Shown in pieces: positions 1 through 7,441 of a stretch of 36,418 bases of DNA. The notes under the pieces are model-generated. The model had not been told where the DNA came from. It worked only from the letters and a program-made list of their open reading frames with translations, and made no database searches. Within the stretch, counting starts at the first letter, position 1; each line of letters starts with the position of its first letter. Origin of the DNA: Myxococcota bacterium (lineage in GTDB: Bacteria > Myxococcota_A > UBA9160 > UBA4427); contig JBLHOB010000001.1 of the NCBI GenBank assembly GCA_047619425.1, positions 1 through 36,418 on the forward strand. The letters run 5' to 3'. The position numbers and the translations under genes were made by a program.

Positions 1-544
1 TTGCCAAGGTGTCCGTGCTGGGCGTGAGTGCGACCTCGAGCACCAGTACGGCGAGGATCGCGCCAACCGGGTCAATCAATACGCCTTCGGCTTCCAGCAC
101 CGTTGCAACCCGGGGACGCAAGCGCAGCTCGCTCACAATGGGGCCCACGACCGTCGGCCCGGTAACGGTCACAAGACTCGCAAAGAGGCTCGACAGCAAC
201 CAAGACCAATCGAGCAGCTCGTGTGCCGCAAGTCCGGCTCCCAGCCCCGTGATCAACGGCCCCCATGTAACGAGTCGCCGAATCACAGTCTGCGAGCGAA
301 TGAGGCGTGACAACTCAAGGGAGAGTCCGCCTTCGAACAAGATGATCGCGACTGCGAGTTCGACAATGTCAAACAGGCCCTCGCCAAGGGTTTCGGGCAA
401 CACCCAGCCAACGCCGTCCGGGCCAAGACCAACGCCAAGACCCAACAAGACGACAATGCCGGGAATACGCAGGTGCTTGGCGACTGACTGCCCCAGCACA
501 CCGGCCGCGAGCGCGACTACGAACGTAACGATTGCGTGATGCAT
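1..544 (-). CDS. Cation:proton (Na+/H+ exchanger family) antiporter, N-terminal part. The gene runs off the left edge of the window.
   Basis: It is absent from the ORF track because there is no stop in the window. The reverse complement from the ATG at 544..542 reads MHHAIVTFVVALAAGVLGQSVAKHLRIPGIVVLLGLGVGLGPDGVGWV...ILFEGGLSLE...TGPTVVGPIVSEL...EAEGVLIDPVGAILAVLVLE. These are hydrophobic helices and motifs typical of Na+/H+ exchangers. The + ORF 9..539 is a Ser/Thr/Pro/Arg-rich shadow of it. Confidence 0.75.
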   Translation of the reverse strand, partial: MHHAIVTFVVALAAGVLGQSVAKHLRIPGIVVLLGLGVGLGPDGVGWVLPETLGEGLFDIVELAVAIILFEGGLSLELSRLIRSQTVIRRLVTWGPLITGLGAGLAAHELLDWSWLLSSLFASLVTVTGPTVVGPIVSELRLRPRVATVLEAEGVLIDPVGAILAVLVLEVALTPSTDTLA

Positions 545-715
545 TAACGGCTACCGCACCCTTCCCAAGGCAAACCGGCACCCTCTCGAATCGCCGGCCA
601 TGCGCCTTCGGCTAACGCACTGAGCATCTTGCACGAACGTCACTCCTCGCCCTCCACTGCATGCTTGACTGCTTGCATAGTAGAGTGCAACGAATCGGTC
701 CGGCAATATCGAAAT

Positions 716-732
716 CCACCCATTTGGGGTGG
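716..732 (-). terminator. Possible weak intrinsic terminator after the last gene of the minus-strand operon
   Basis: A CCACCC-ATTT(G)-GGGTGG hairpin lies about 40 nt downstream of the stop at 769. On the minus strand it is followed by ATTTCGATATT. The stem is short and the U-tract is poor. Confidence 0.3.
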
Positions 733-768
733 TGAGTGTGATGGTGATCGCAGCAGGCTCGGACTCGA

Positions 769-1383
769 CTAGCTCTGTGTCGAGCTCAAGCGCTTCTCTT
801 CGGCCTGCTCAAACAACTGCTGGACGTCGGAAAGACAAACCAGCAGGCGTCGATAGAGGCGCACTTTGACGCCTTCCAGCACCGAGTAAGCGACCAATGC
901 AAAGACACTCGAGATGAGCGCCACCGCCAATGCTCCAAGTTCAAGCGTGCTGTCGGCCATGTGCATTGAAAGAAACAGAATCAGCATGCCGCCGGTTGTC
1001 CCGACGAACCCGATCGGCGGCAACAGACTCGCGTACATCGAGATCAAACTCGAATAGTTCGACGTGTACTCGTTGCTCGCGTATTGGCGAGAGGCGTCAA
1101 ACACGAAATCACTGGGATACTGATCGCCGCCATCGTTTTGGCGCATCGATTTGCGAAGCACACGCATCATCAACACCGAAATCGGCTCGGTCCCGCCTTC
1201 GACCTTTGCTTGCGAGCTCTTCTTGGTGAGTTCAGCGGCGGTCAAACGTTCCGTCGCTTTCCACGCCTGCATGCATACCCGTAGACCGCGTATGAATGGA
1301 ACCCACACCGCTCCAACGGCCAACACCGTCAACATCATCATGACCCACTGGTCTGGGAATGCAGACCCAACAGACTCCGGCAC
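769..1383 (-). CDS. MotA/TolQ/ExbB-family proton-channel protein (divergent, 204 aa)
   Basis: There are three predicted TM helices: WVMMMLTVLAVGAVWVPFI, PPIGFVGTTGGMLILFLSM and LGALAVALISSVFALVAYSVL. The P-x-GxxGTxxGM pattern before TM2 and the TM3 spacing resemble ExbB/TolQ. A GTG start lies 3 nt after the upstream stop. Confidence 0.6.
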   Translation of the reverse strand: MPESVGSAFPDQWVMMMLTVLAVGAVWVPFIRGLRVCMQAWKATERLTAAELTKKSSQAKVEGGTEPISVLMMRVLRKSMRQNDGGDQYPSDFVFDASRQYASNEYTSNYSSLISMYASLLPPIGFVGTTGGMLILFLSMHMADSTLELGALAVALISSVFALVAYSVLEGVKVRLYRRLLVCLSDVQQLFEQAEEKRLSSTQS

Positions 1384-1386
1384 GTC

Positions 1387-1935
1387 CTACCCCTTCCACT
1401 TTCGCGTGGCCAAGATCTCCAGGCCCCGCTCGAGAGTCCCCTGCTTACCAATGGGGTACTCGATCAATAATTCATTCTGGCCTCGATACCGAAGCTCGAT
1501 TTCGTCGCGCACCATTTGTACGCGACTCGGATAACGCATTTGGATCAACACCTCGGCTTCGAGAAAGCGCAGGCTCGCGTCTTTCGCCATCAACTCGGGG
1601 TGACTGCTCTGCCACTCGCTGCGCAGCAGCGGTGCCAGGTGCACGGCCATGTAACGGTCGACGAATCGGTCGAGCTCAGAAAGCGCGCGTCCGTCCTTGC
1701 GATCGATCAAGCTCTGCATCGTGCGATGGATGTGGACCATGTCGCGGTATGCGCGATCCAGATCGTGTTTGCGTTGGTCGAGAGCGGCACCGCCGAGCGG
1801 CCCTTCGTCGAGGATTACCGCTGCACGCGTGTCCTGCTCCGGGAGTGCCGCGCATCCAACAGACAAAGCACCGAGCAGGCTCGCTGTAGTGAGAAGGATG
1901 GCAGCGCGGCTTGGTACCCATTTCGTCAGTTGCAT
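1387..1935 (-). CDS. Lipoprotein of unknown function (182 aa)
   Basis: Signal peptide with lipobox LLGALSVGC. A GGGGGA Shine-Dalgarno lies 9 nt upstream. The start is 4 nt after the upstream stop. I recognise no family. Confidence 0.6.
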   Translation of the reverse strand: MQLTKWVPSRAAILLTTASLLGALSVGCAALPEQDTRAAVILDEGPLGGAALDQRKHDLDRAYRDMVHIHRTMQSLIDRKDGRALSELDRFVDRYMAVHLAPLLRSEWQSSHPELMAKDASLRFLEAEVLIQMRYPSRVQMVRDEIELRYRGQNELLIEYPIGKQGTLERGLEILATRKWKG

Positions 1936-1939
1936 TGGG

Positions 1940-3985
1940 TTATTCCCCCTGCTCGTAGAACTTGCGGCGAAGAAGTGTGTGAACTGGATGTTCCCGCTGG
2001 CTACGCAGAGCCGGGATCAAATTGTCGCTCTCGAATATCGCGCCATAGAGCGGGATCGCGGCATTGCGGCCTTCGATCTGTTTGTTGAGCTTTGCGACCA
2101 ACCGGTGCAACTCGGTCACGCGCTGCACCAAGGTCGACTTTTCCATTTGCAGCTCGCGTCGAGCCGGTGCGTTGGGATCGACTTTGGCCGGGGACGTCGA
2201 ATGCGCTTCGATGGTTGCCTCAACAGCGGCGCGGCGCGAATTCAAGGTTTGGATCTTCGCCGCCAGCTCGTCGCGCTTGCCTACGAGCTCGCGCAAGCCG
2301 TCGCGCAGTTCATCGAGACTCGACGCTTCAGCGAAACCGAGATACATGATCACGAGGTCATCTATCAGTGCAAGCCGGATGGCCGCGATCTCGTCGGAGT
2401 TGCTCTCACTGTTGTCGATCCAATTCGCAACGTACCGCGAACGCACGACCGAATCGGCAACCGGTCGCGCCCGGCCAAGGTATTCGTTCGAGCGTCCTTG
2501 TCTCTCGAGTGCGGAAGCAAGCGAGCTCCACACCTTGCGGTCAAATGGGTAGGTCCTTAGCGCCTGCCCGTAGCGCGCGGTCACCATCTCGATTTCGGCG
2601 CTCGTGATATTGCCCGAGGAAAACGAGAGGAACGCATCGCCGTAGCCTTTGGCAGCTTCGTATGCGGCGAAGTAGGCCGAGTTTGGAACCAGGGCCATGC
2701 CTTCCTGTACGGCGAACTCGTCGAAGAACGAGAGATAGCTTGCGTAGATGCGAGCGGCGCTGCGGACGTGGTCGTCTCTTGCACCCGGCTCGGTTTGACT
2801 TCGAGCGAGGTAGTAGTCGGCGGCGTTCAGGCTTGCCTCTTGGATCTCTTCCCACAATCGATGCTGCGCCTGTACATAAGCTTTGTGGCCCGTCATGCGA
2901 AAACCGAGTTCGAGCCAGGCTTCGTCGTTGCGCGCCGAATAGAGCGTGCGATAGACGTCCATCGCCTCGTCGATCGTAAACGGACTCTCAACGTATGGAT
3001 CGACCTGCAAACGCTGCTTGGCAGCGTAGATTTCGCCAATCTGTCGCAGCACGCGCGTAAAGACCGCCGCCTCGCCCTGTGGAGTCTCGGCGCGATTCAA
3101 AGCAGTTTCGTACGCGCCACTCGCGATGCCCATGGCCTTTACGGTGTCGCTGTTGAGGCCTCGACTCGCCAACAAGCCTCGCGCGGCTTCGTGATGTCGC
3201 GCGGCTTCGAAAAGAGCCAGCGTAAAGGTCAAGCTACCGCCGTCTGACTCGGCACCGTCAAGACGGTCGACGATGCGGTTCAGGTAGGGCCTTGATGACG
3301 CATCAAGCGGGATCACGTCGGGATGCCCACCGACGCGTCCGTCGTGGAGCAAACGCACGACCGCCGCCAAGGGGTCGAGGTCGCGACTCATCCCTCGCTC
3401 CTGGCTGCGGATCATGATCAAGCGCGCGATGTTTTCGTAGAGGTAGGGCAGCGCCGAGACAAAGCCCGAGTTGGGCGACTGGCTGAGAGACAAGGCCGAA
3501 AGCGACTCGTAGGAACTTTCCAGCGGCGACACAACATCGAGCCACATGTCCATGATGTTGCGCACGAAGGCGTCGGGGTTGCCCGCTTCGAGAGCGCGAT
3601 GGGCCATGATGTAGCGATACCAGTAGAGGTTTTCATGGCGGCCGATTTGGCCCTTGAACGTCTCGATTGCATCAACACTCTTCTCGAGCGCGTCAACGTC
3701 GCGAGTCGTCAAATATTTCAAGAGGTATGCAATCGCCTGTCGGCGAATCGCGACTTCGTCCAGGGGCTCCCCGGATGGAATCTCGAACTTCTCGATAATG
3801 TAGTCATCGAGGCTGACGCCGGCTTCGCTTCCGTAGTCATCAAAACGCTGCGATAGCGTTGCCGCGTCAGCGGAAGAATAGATGTAGGCGAAGTCGAGAT
3901 AGTCGGCCCAGAGTGATGAATCTGCGGCGTGGCTTGACGTTGCAAGCCCTGCGTTCATCACAGCCACTAACACGAGTGCGCGCAT
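1940..3985 (-). CDS. Secreted all-helical (TPR-like?) protein with a C-terminal coiled coil, unknown function (about 681 aa)
   Basis: The ORF is 1940..4006. The likely start is the ATG at 3985 (MRALVLVAVMNAGLATSSHAADSS signal peptide), preceded by GGGGAG 7 nt upstream. The C-terminus (LRELVGKRDELAAKIQTLNSRRAAVEATIE...VTELHRLVAKLNKQIEGR) looks like a coiled coil. Confidence 0.6.
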   Translation of the reverse strand: MRALVLVAVMNAGLATSSHAADSSLWADYLDFAYIYSSADAATLSQRFDDYGSEAGVSLDDYIIEKFEIPSGEPLDEVAIRRQAIAYLLKYLTTRDVDALEKSVDAIETFKGQIGRHENLYWYRYIMAHRALEAGNPDAFVRNIMDMWLDVVSPLESSYESLSALSLSQSPNSGFVSALPYLYENIARLIMIRSQERGMSRDLDPLAAVVRLLHDGRVGGHPDVIPLDASSRPYLNRIVDRLDGAESDGGSLTFTLALFEAARHHEAARGLLASRGLNSDTVKAMGIASGAYETALNRAETPQGEAAVFTRVLRQIGEIYAAKQRLQVDPYVESPFTIDEAMDVYRTLYSARNDEAWLELGFRMTGHKAYVQAQHRLWEEIQEASLNAADYYLARSQTEPGARDDHVRSAARIYASYLSFFDEFAVQEGMALVPNSAYFAAYEAAKGYGDAFLSFSSGNITSAEIEMVTARYGQALRTYPFDRKVWSSLASALERQGRSNEYLGRARPVADSVVRSRYVANWIDNSESNSDEIAAIRLALIDDLVIMYLGFAEASSLDELRDGLRELVGKRDELAAKIQTLNSRRAAVEATIEAHSTSPAKVDPNAPARRELQMEKSTLVQRVTELHRLVAKLNKQIEGRNAAIPLYGAIFESDNLIPALRSQREHPVHTLLRRKFYEQGE

Positions 3986-4006
3986 GGTTTGACTCCCCAT
4001 GTCCAA

Positions 4007-5320
4007 TTACTCCAAGCACGCCAAGGCGTGGGTCAATTCAGTACATCGGTCGGACTGCTTGCGTCCCTGCGAACGTTCAATCCACATGGAAAAAGCGTTC
4101 AGGTTCTTGGTCTCGACAAATCGATAGGTGCCCGCCGAACTAACGCAGGCTTCTCGGTTCCTTACGGCCGTCAATACACGTTGCTTGAGGAGATCCTCTT
4201 CGCGATCGCTCATACAACTGGCCAATGAGCCGAGAGATACACCTCGCAGTGACATCTGGCTCTCGGAACCCCGAGGGCGTACCGGGGCAGCGTCTGATGC
4301 AGCCGACCGACGCGAGGTCGAGGCCATTTGAAGTGTGTTCGCCGGCGACCCTCGAGGCGCAAGCGCTGCGGGCGCCATCGCGAGCGAAGCTGCACCACGC
4401 CGCTTTGGGGCAGCGGGCGCGGCCGTCACGCGCTGACTTCTGGCCTGACTCGGCGTATGTTGCGCAAGCGTGGGGGCGCTCGCAGCCGCGACCTGAACGA
4501 TCGAACGACTTGAACCGCCGCCCGATCGGACGGAAGTAAACGCCGGCAAAGCGGCGCGCGATCTACGGGGCGCCGACGCTTCCGGGGCGAGCGTCTGCGC
4601 AGCAACCGCAGCCAAGACCGGAGCGGCTTTTGCTTTCCTCGCTGCACCCGACGTGGCTGCAACGCGTCCGGAACGCGCGCGCTTGGTCGCAACGGGTTGG
4701 GACGCCAACGCGCTCATGCCAGACGCCGGTAGCGCGAGCGCCTTGCGGCGTTCGGGGCTCGTCGCCTCAATACGAGATCGCGACTTGGGTGCAACCTCGG
4801 CGAGCTTGGGGGCGCTTAGAGCAGCCATCTCGATCTTCGGGACTCGGCGGGCCTTGGGAACTGGTTTAGGAGCCACCTTGGGTGCCGGAGGCGGTGTCGC
4901 CTTCTTTGCGATCTTCTGCGGCGGCGGCGCGAGCTTTGGCTTTGGTGCGGGCTTTGCCTTTGCGACTTTCTCTTCGACAGCCTTTTTGACGACAGGCTCG
5001 GGCTTCTTCACCACCACGGGCACGGGTGCTTTTGCAATCACGGGAGGCGGGGCCACAGCGGATGGCTTTGGGTCCTGCCACATCGCGATCTGGGTATGGG
5101 AGAAGTCGACGCGATCGCGCAGCGCGGTCACCGCGAGCGTGGCGACCAACACAAGGCCAAAGACAACGAAGGCCTTCATGCTGCCGAGAAAGTCGGGGCC
5201 TGCCTCGCGACAGCCGGCAATAAACGAGGGCTCAACCTCTGACTCCCGATAGGGCTCGGGACATAAGACGACGCGCGCGGCGCCGTGACCGTAACGTTTG
5301 CGGATCTGCCAGTCGGGCAC
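4007..5320 (-). CDS. TonB-like membrane-anchored protein. It has a Pro/Lys-rich spacer, a long Ala/Arg/Ser low-complexity linker and a Cys-containing C-terminal domain that is not TonB-type.
   Basis: The GTG start abuts the TAA of the upstream ExbD-like gene. There is a single TM helix (MKAFVVFGLVLVATLAVTAL), then APPPVIAKAPVPVVVKKPEPVVKK...KPAPKPKLAPPPQKIAKKATPPPAPKVAPKPVPK. The start could instead be the ATG at 5179. Confidence 0.55.
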   Translation of the reverse strand: MPDWQIRKRYGHGAARVVLCPEPYRESEVEPSFIAGCREAGPDFLGSMKAFVVFGLVLVATLAVTALRDRVDFSHTQIAMWQDPKPSAVAPPPVIAKAPVPVVVKKPEPVVKKAVEEKVAKAKPAPKPKLAPPPQKIAKKATPPPAPKVAPKPVPKARRVPKIEMAALSAPKLAEVAPKSRSRIEATSPERRKALALPASGMSALASQPVATKRARSGRVAATSGAARKAKAAPVLAAVAAQTLAPEASAPRRSRAALPAFTSVRSGGGSSRSIVQVAAASAPTLAQHTPSQARSQRVTAAPAAPKRRGAASLAMAPAALAPRGSPANTLQMASTSRRSAASDAAPVRPRGSESQMSLRGVSLGSLASCMSDREEDLLKQRVLTAVRNREACVSSAGTYRFVETKNLNAFSMWIERSQGRKQSDRCTELTHALACLE

Positions 5321-5794
5321 TTAGAACTCCGAGATCCGCGCCACCAACGCACGTCGGCGTCCGGGCCAATGCTCTTCGAGCAGAGCCACGGCGTCGAGCA
5401 GATCCTGGCTTCGAGAGTCTTCGTGGGGCGCAAGCAAGGGCTTGTTCTCCCCGTCCTTAAGCAGTGTTGCTACGTGATCGCGAATCGAAGCAATATCTCC
5501 GCGCACAACTTCCTCAGGTGCAGTCCCCGCGCGCATCAGCGCAAAGGCACCCGTTTGCGCTGCGTCGGGTGCAGACTTCGGATAGATGCGCAGTTGCCAG
5601 CCTTTGCCTGCATCCGCTGTCAGGTCTGCAGGCGCACCATCTTCGCCAATTCGTGGAACGACGATTTCGCCCAGATCAGGCGGCTCAGCGCCGACGTCTC
5701 CAGCGAGTTGGGTCATGGCGATCAGCATCAGAAAGGCGAGGTCTACGAAAGAGAAGAGCCACGCGGGCGCCCCGCCACCTTGTTCCGCATCCAT
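5321..5794 (-). CDS. ExbD/TolR-family biopolymer transport protein (157 aa, divergent)
   Basis: Short N-terminus, then one TM helix with an embedded Asp (WLFSFVDLAFLMLIAM), as in ExbD/TolR. This is followed by a periplasmic domain of about 100 aa that ends in a pattern like the ExbD C-terminus (KPLLAPHEDSRSQDLLDAVALLEE). Confidence 0.6.
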   Translation of the reverse strand: MDAEQGGGAPAWLFSFVDLAFLMLIAMTQLAGDVGAEPPDLGEIVVPRIGEDGAPADLTADAGKGWQLRIYPKSAPDAAQTGAFALMRAGTAPEEVVRGDIASIRDHVATLLKDGENKPLLAPHEDSRSQDLLDAVALLEEHWPGRRRALVARISEF

Positions 5795-5882
5795 CTTTTA
5801 AAGTCTCCAGCGAGGATGCGGCCAAGGGCCCTGCTACTTCGCGTTGGGGGGTTCTTCGCGGGGCCGAGTCGTAGTGATCAGG

Positions 5883-7427
5883 TCACGGAGTCCGCAGGGG
5901 TTCGAACGCAATCAGGTTGTCTCTGGGTGCGCTCTGTCCGAGAGTCCAGTTCGGCAGAAGGGTCTCAAATTGTGAGTCAAGTCCGTGCAAAGCTAGGTAA
6001 TTTAGGATCACCGCTTCGGTGAGCGCGGCGGGGCGATTGCTGATCTCGGTTGCATCAACATCGACGGAGCCTTCGTTGCTGAAGAAGCCGATCTGTTGCC
6101 GCACACCTGCGAGTTGCAGTGGGTCGTTGACCATCAGTGGACGCCCAGCAATTTCATCCTTGCTGTAAACCAACATGAATGCTGCAGCGGTGCTGGAGTT
6201 GTCGCCCTTCCAAATCCCTTTGCCTCCGCCGTTGTTGTCGATCTGCCCGTCTGAAGCGACCGAGCCATCGCTATACACATAAAGAACAAGGTCGTTGCAA
6301 CTGCGCGCGGCGTACTCGAGGCACGCACCAATCGCTTCGCCTGCACGTCGATCTCGCGCTTCGCCGGTAGCGCGAGTGCTGTCGTGATAGTCATAGCCCC
6401 CGAGCTCAATCACGCCGGCGCCAACATGTTGATTGATAACAAGCTTCATAATCGCAGCGGTCTTTTCAAAAGTGCTTTGATTGAAATCGCCGGCGTCAAA
6501 AATGCTGTCTACTTGACCCGTGATGATGGGGTCAAGCATGGGGTCAAGGGCGTCGGGGGAGCTGTAGAGTTGCACCAGCTCTGAGCTGTCCGCATAGGCA
6601 GCGCGAAGTAAGGACGTCGCAAGCGCTTGCTCGCCAAGAGCGTCGAGTCGATCGAGCTTGCGATTCGAAATCGCTTCCGCTGCCTGGACGACTCGCCCCG
6701 CTCCGTACTCGTCGAGGAACTCTGCCATACGGCCGGCATCGACGAGGCCAGTTGCGTCCGCGGCGCGGCGCACTTGAGTGGGACGCATCGTGGGGTCGAG
6801 CATGGAGCTCGGTGCCATGGAGTTGCCGCCGCTATCAGACGCACGCGAGCCGATCAATTGAAGCAGCCCACCATTCGCACCGACTTGACCAATGCCGTAG
6901 AGGGGGTTGAGTTCGTTGTTGCCCGTGTCGTTGAGAGACCGCGAACAAAAAACGGTGCCGTTTACTCGCGAGCGCGTACCAACACTTGTGCGCGAACGAA
7001 TGCCGTCGAGCATTGCGCTGTCGGAGTGAAACAAAAGCCCGAACTCACTGTCAATCACAGACGTGATCGAACCCTGGGGAGTGAAATCTTCGGGCAGCCC
7101 CAGCTTCGAGTAGCCGGCTAGGGAAAGTAGGTCTTGCTGACCTTGTGGGCCGCCGACCAGAACGTTCGAGCCGGCGATGTTGGCGCCGCCTGCTAGATCA
7201 AAACCGATGAAGGGGATCATCCCCGCTCCACCTATGGGAGACGTACAGGGAGCAAATTGCGCCTGCGCTTCACGGCCCCCAAGCAACCCAAGCAGGCTTG
7301 GTGCCAAAACCGTTGCGGCTCCAGTCATGAAGCCCTGCCCCAGGAACTCTCGACGTGTAACCGGGCGCTTGTGGCCGTCGATAAACAATGGGGCATTTTC
7401 CTGCCCCTTGAGAGTTGTCTTTTTCAC
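5883..7427 (-). CDS. Tat-signal periplasmic protein, DUF1501/DUF1552-like (planctomycete-type, alkaline-phosphatase-like fold suspected)
   Basis: The ORF is 5883..7535. The likely GTG start is at 7427, with GGAG 7 nt upstream and 14 nt after the LamG gene stop. The twin-arginine motif is VTRREFLGQGFMTGAATVLAP. It has FIGFDLAGGANI and ELGGYDYHD motifs that recall DUF1501. The family call is tentative. Confidence 0.5.
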   Translation of the reverse strand: MKKTTLKGQENAPLFIDGHKRPVTRREFLGQGFMTGAATVLAPSLLGLLGGREAQAQFAPCTSPIGGAGMIPFIGFDLAGGANIAGSNVLVGGPQGQQDLLSLAGYSKLGLPEDFTPQGSITSVIDSEFGLLFHSDSAMLDGIRSRTSVGTRSRVNGTVFCSRSLNDTGNNELNPLYGIGQVGANGGLLQLIGSRASDSGGNSMAPSSMLDPTMRPTQVRRAADATGLVDAGRMAEFLDEYGAGRVVQAAEAISNRKLDRLDALGEQALATSLLRAAYADSSELVQLYSSPDALDPMLDPIITGQVDSIFDAGDFNQSTFEKTAAIMKLVINQHVGAGVIELGGYDYHDSTRATGEARDRRAGEAIGACLEYAARSCNDLVLYVYSDGSVASDGQIDNNGGGKGIWKGDNSSTAAAFMLVYSKDEIAGRPLMVNDPLQLAGVRQQIGFFSNEGSVDVDATEISNRPAALTEAVILNYLALHGLDSQFETLLPNWTLGQSAPRDNLIAFEPLRTP

Positions 7428-7441
7428 AGTCGGTCTCCGGC

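Noticed and set aside
9-539. 176-aa + strand ORF at the left edge
   Set aside because: The composition is Ser/Thr/Pro/Arg-rich and low-complexity. The opposite strand encodes a clean Na+/H+ antiporter N-terminus with recognisable motifs. It is a shadow ORF.
1697-2560. Long antisense ORFs opposite real genes (for example 1697..2560, 8288..9139, 15561..16271, 11634..12329, 12931..13596, 30412..31044, 32438..33058)
   Set aside because: Each lies antisense to a gene with clear family motifs or export signals. They show Arg/Ala/Gly-rich composition typical of antisense frames in high-GC genomes and have no Shine-Dalgarno or recognisable domains.
4835-5071. Repetitive AAG/CCN-rich DNA that could be mistaken for a tandem repeat or CRISPR-like array
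   Set aside because: It is the coding sequence of the Pro/Lys-rich spacer of the TonB-like protein. There is no regular repeat-spacer periodicity. No CRISPR-like arrays occur anywhere in the window.
5795-5882. 88-nt gap inside the big operon with a direct repeat CTTCGCG...CTTCGCG and GGCCC/GGGCC complementarity, a possible internal terminator or attenuator
   Set aside because: The repeats are direct rather than inverted. The only stem is 5 bp around a 29-nt interior and there is no U-tract. That is not enough to call a terminator, so I mention it only as a junction to test in finding 1.
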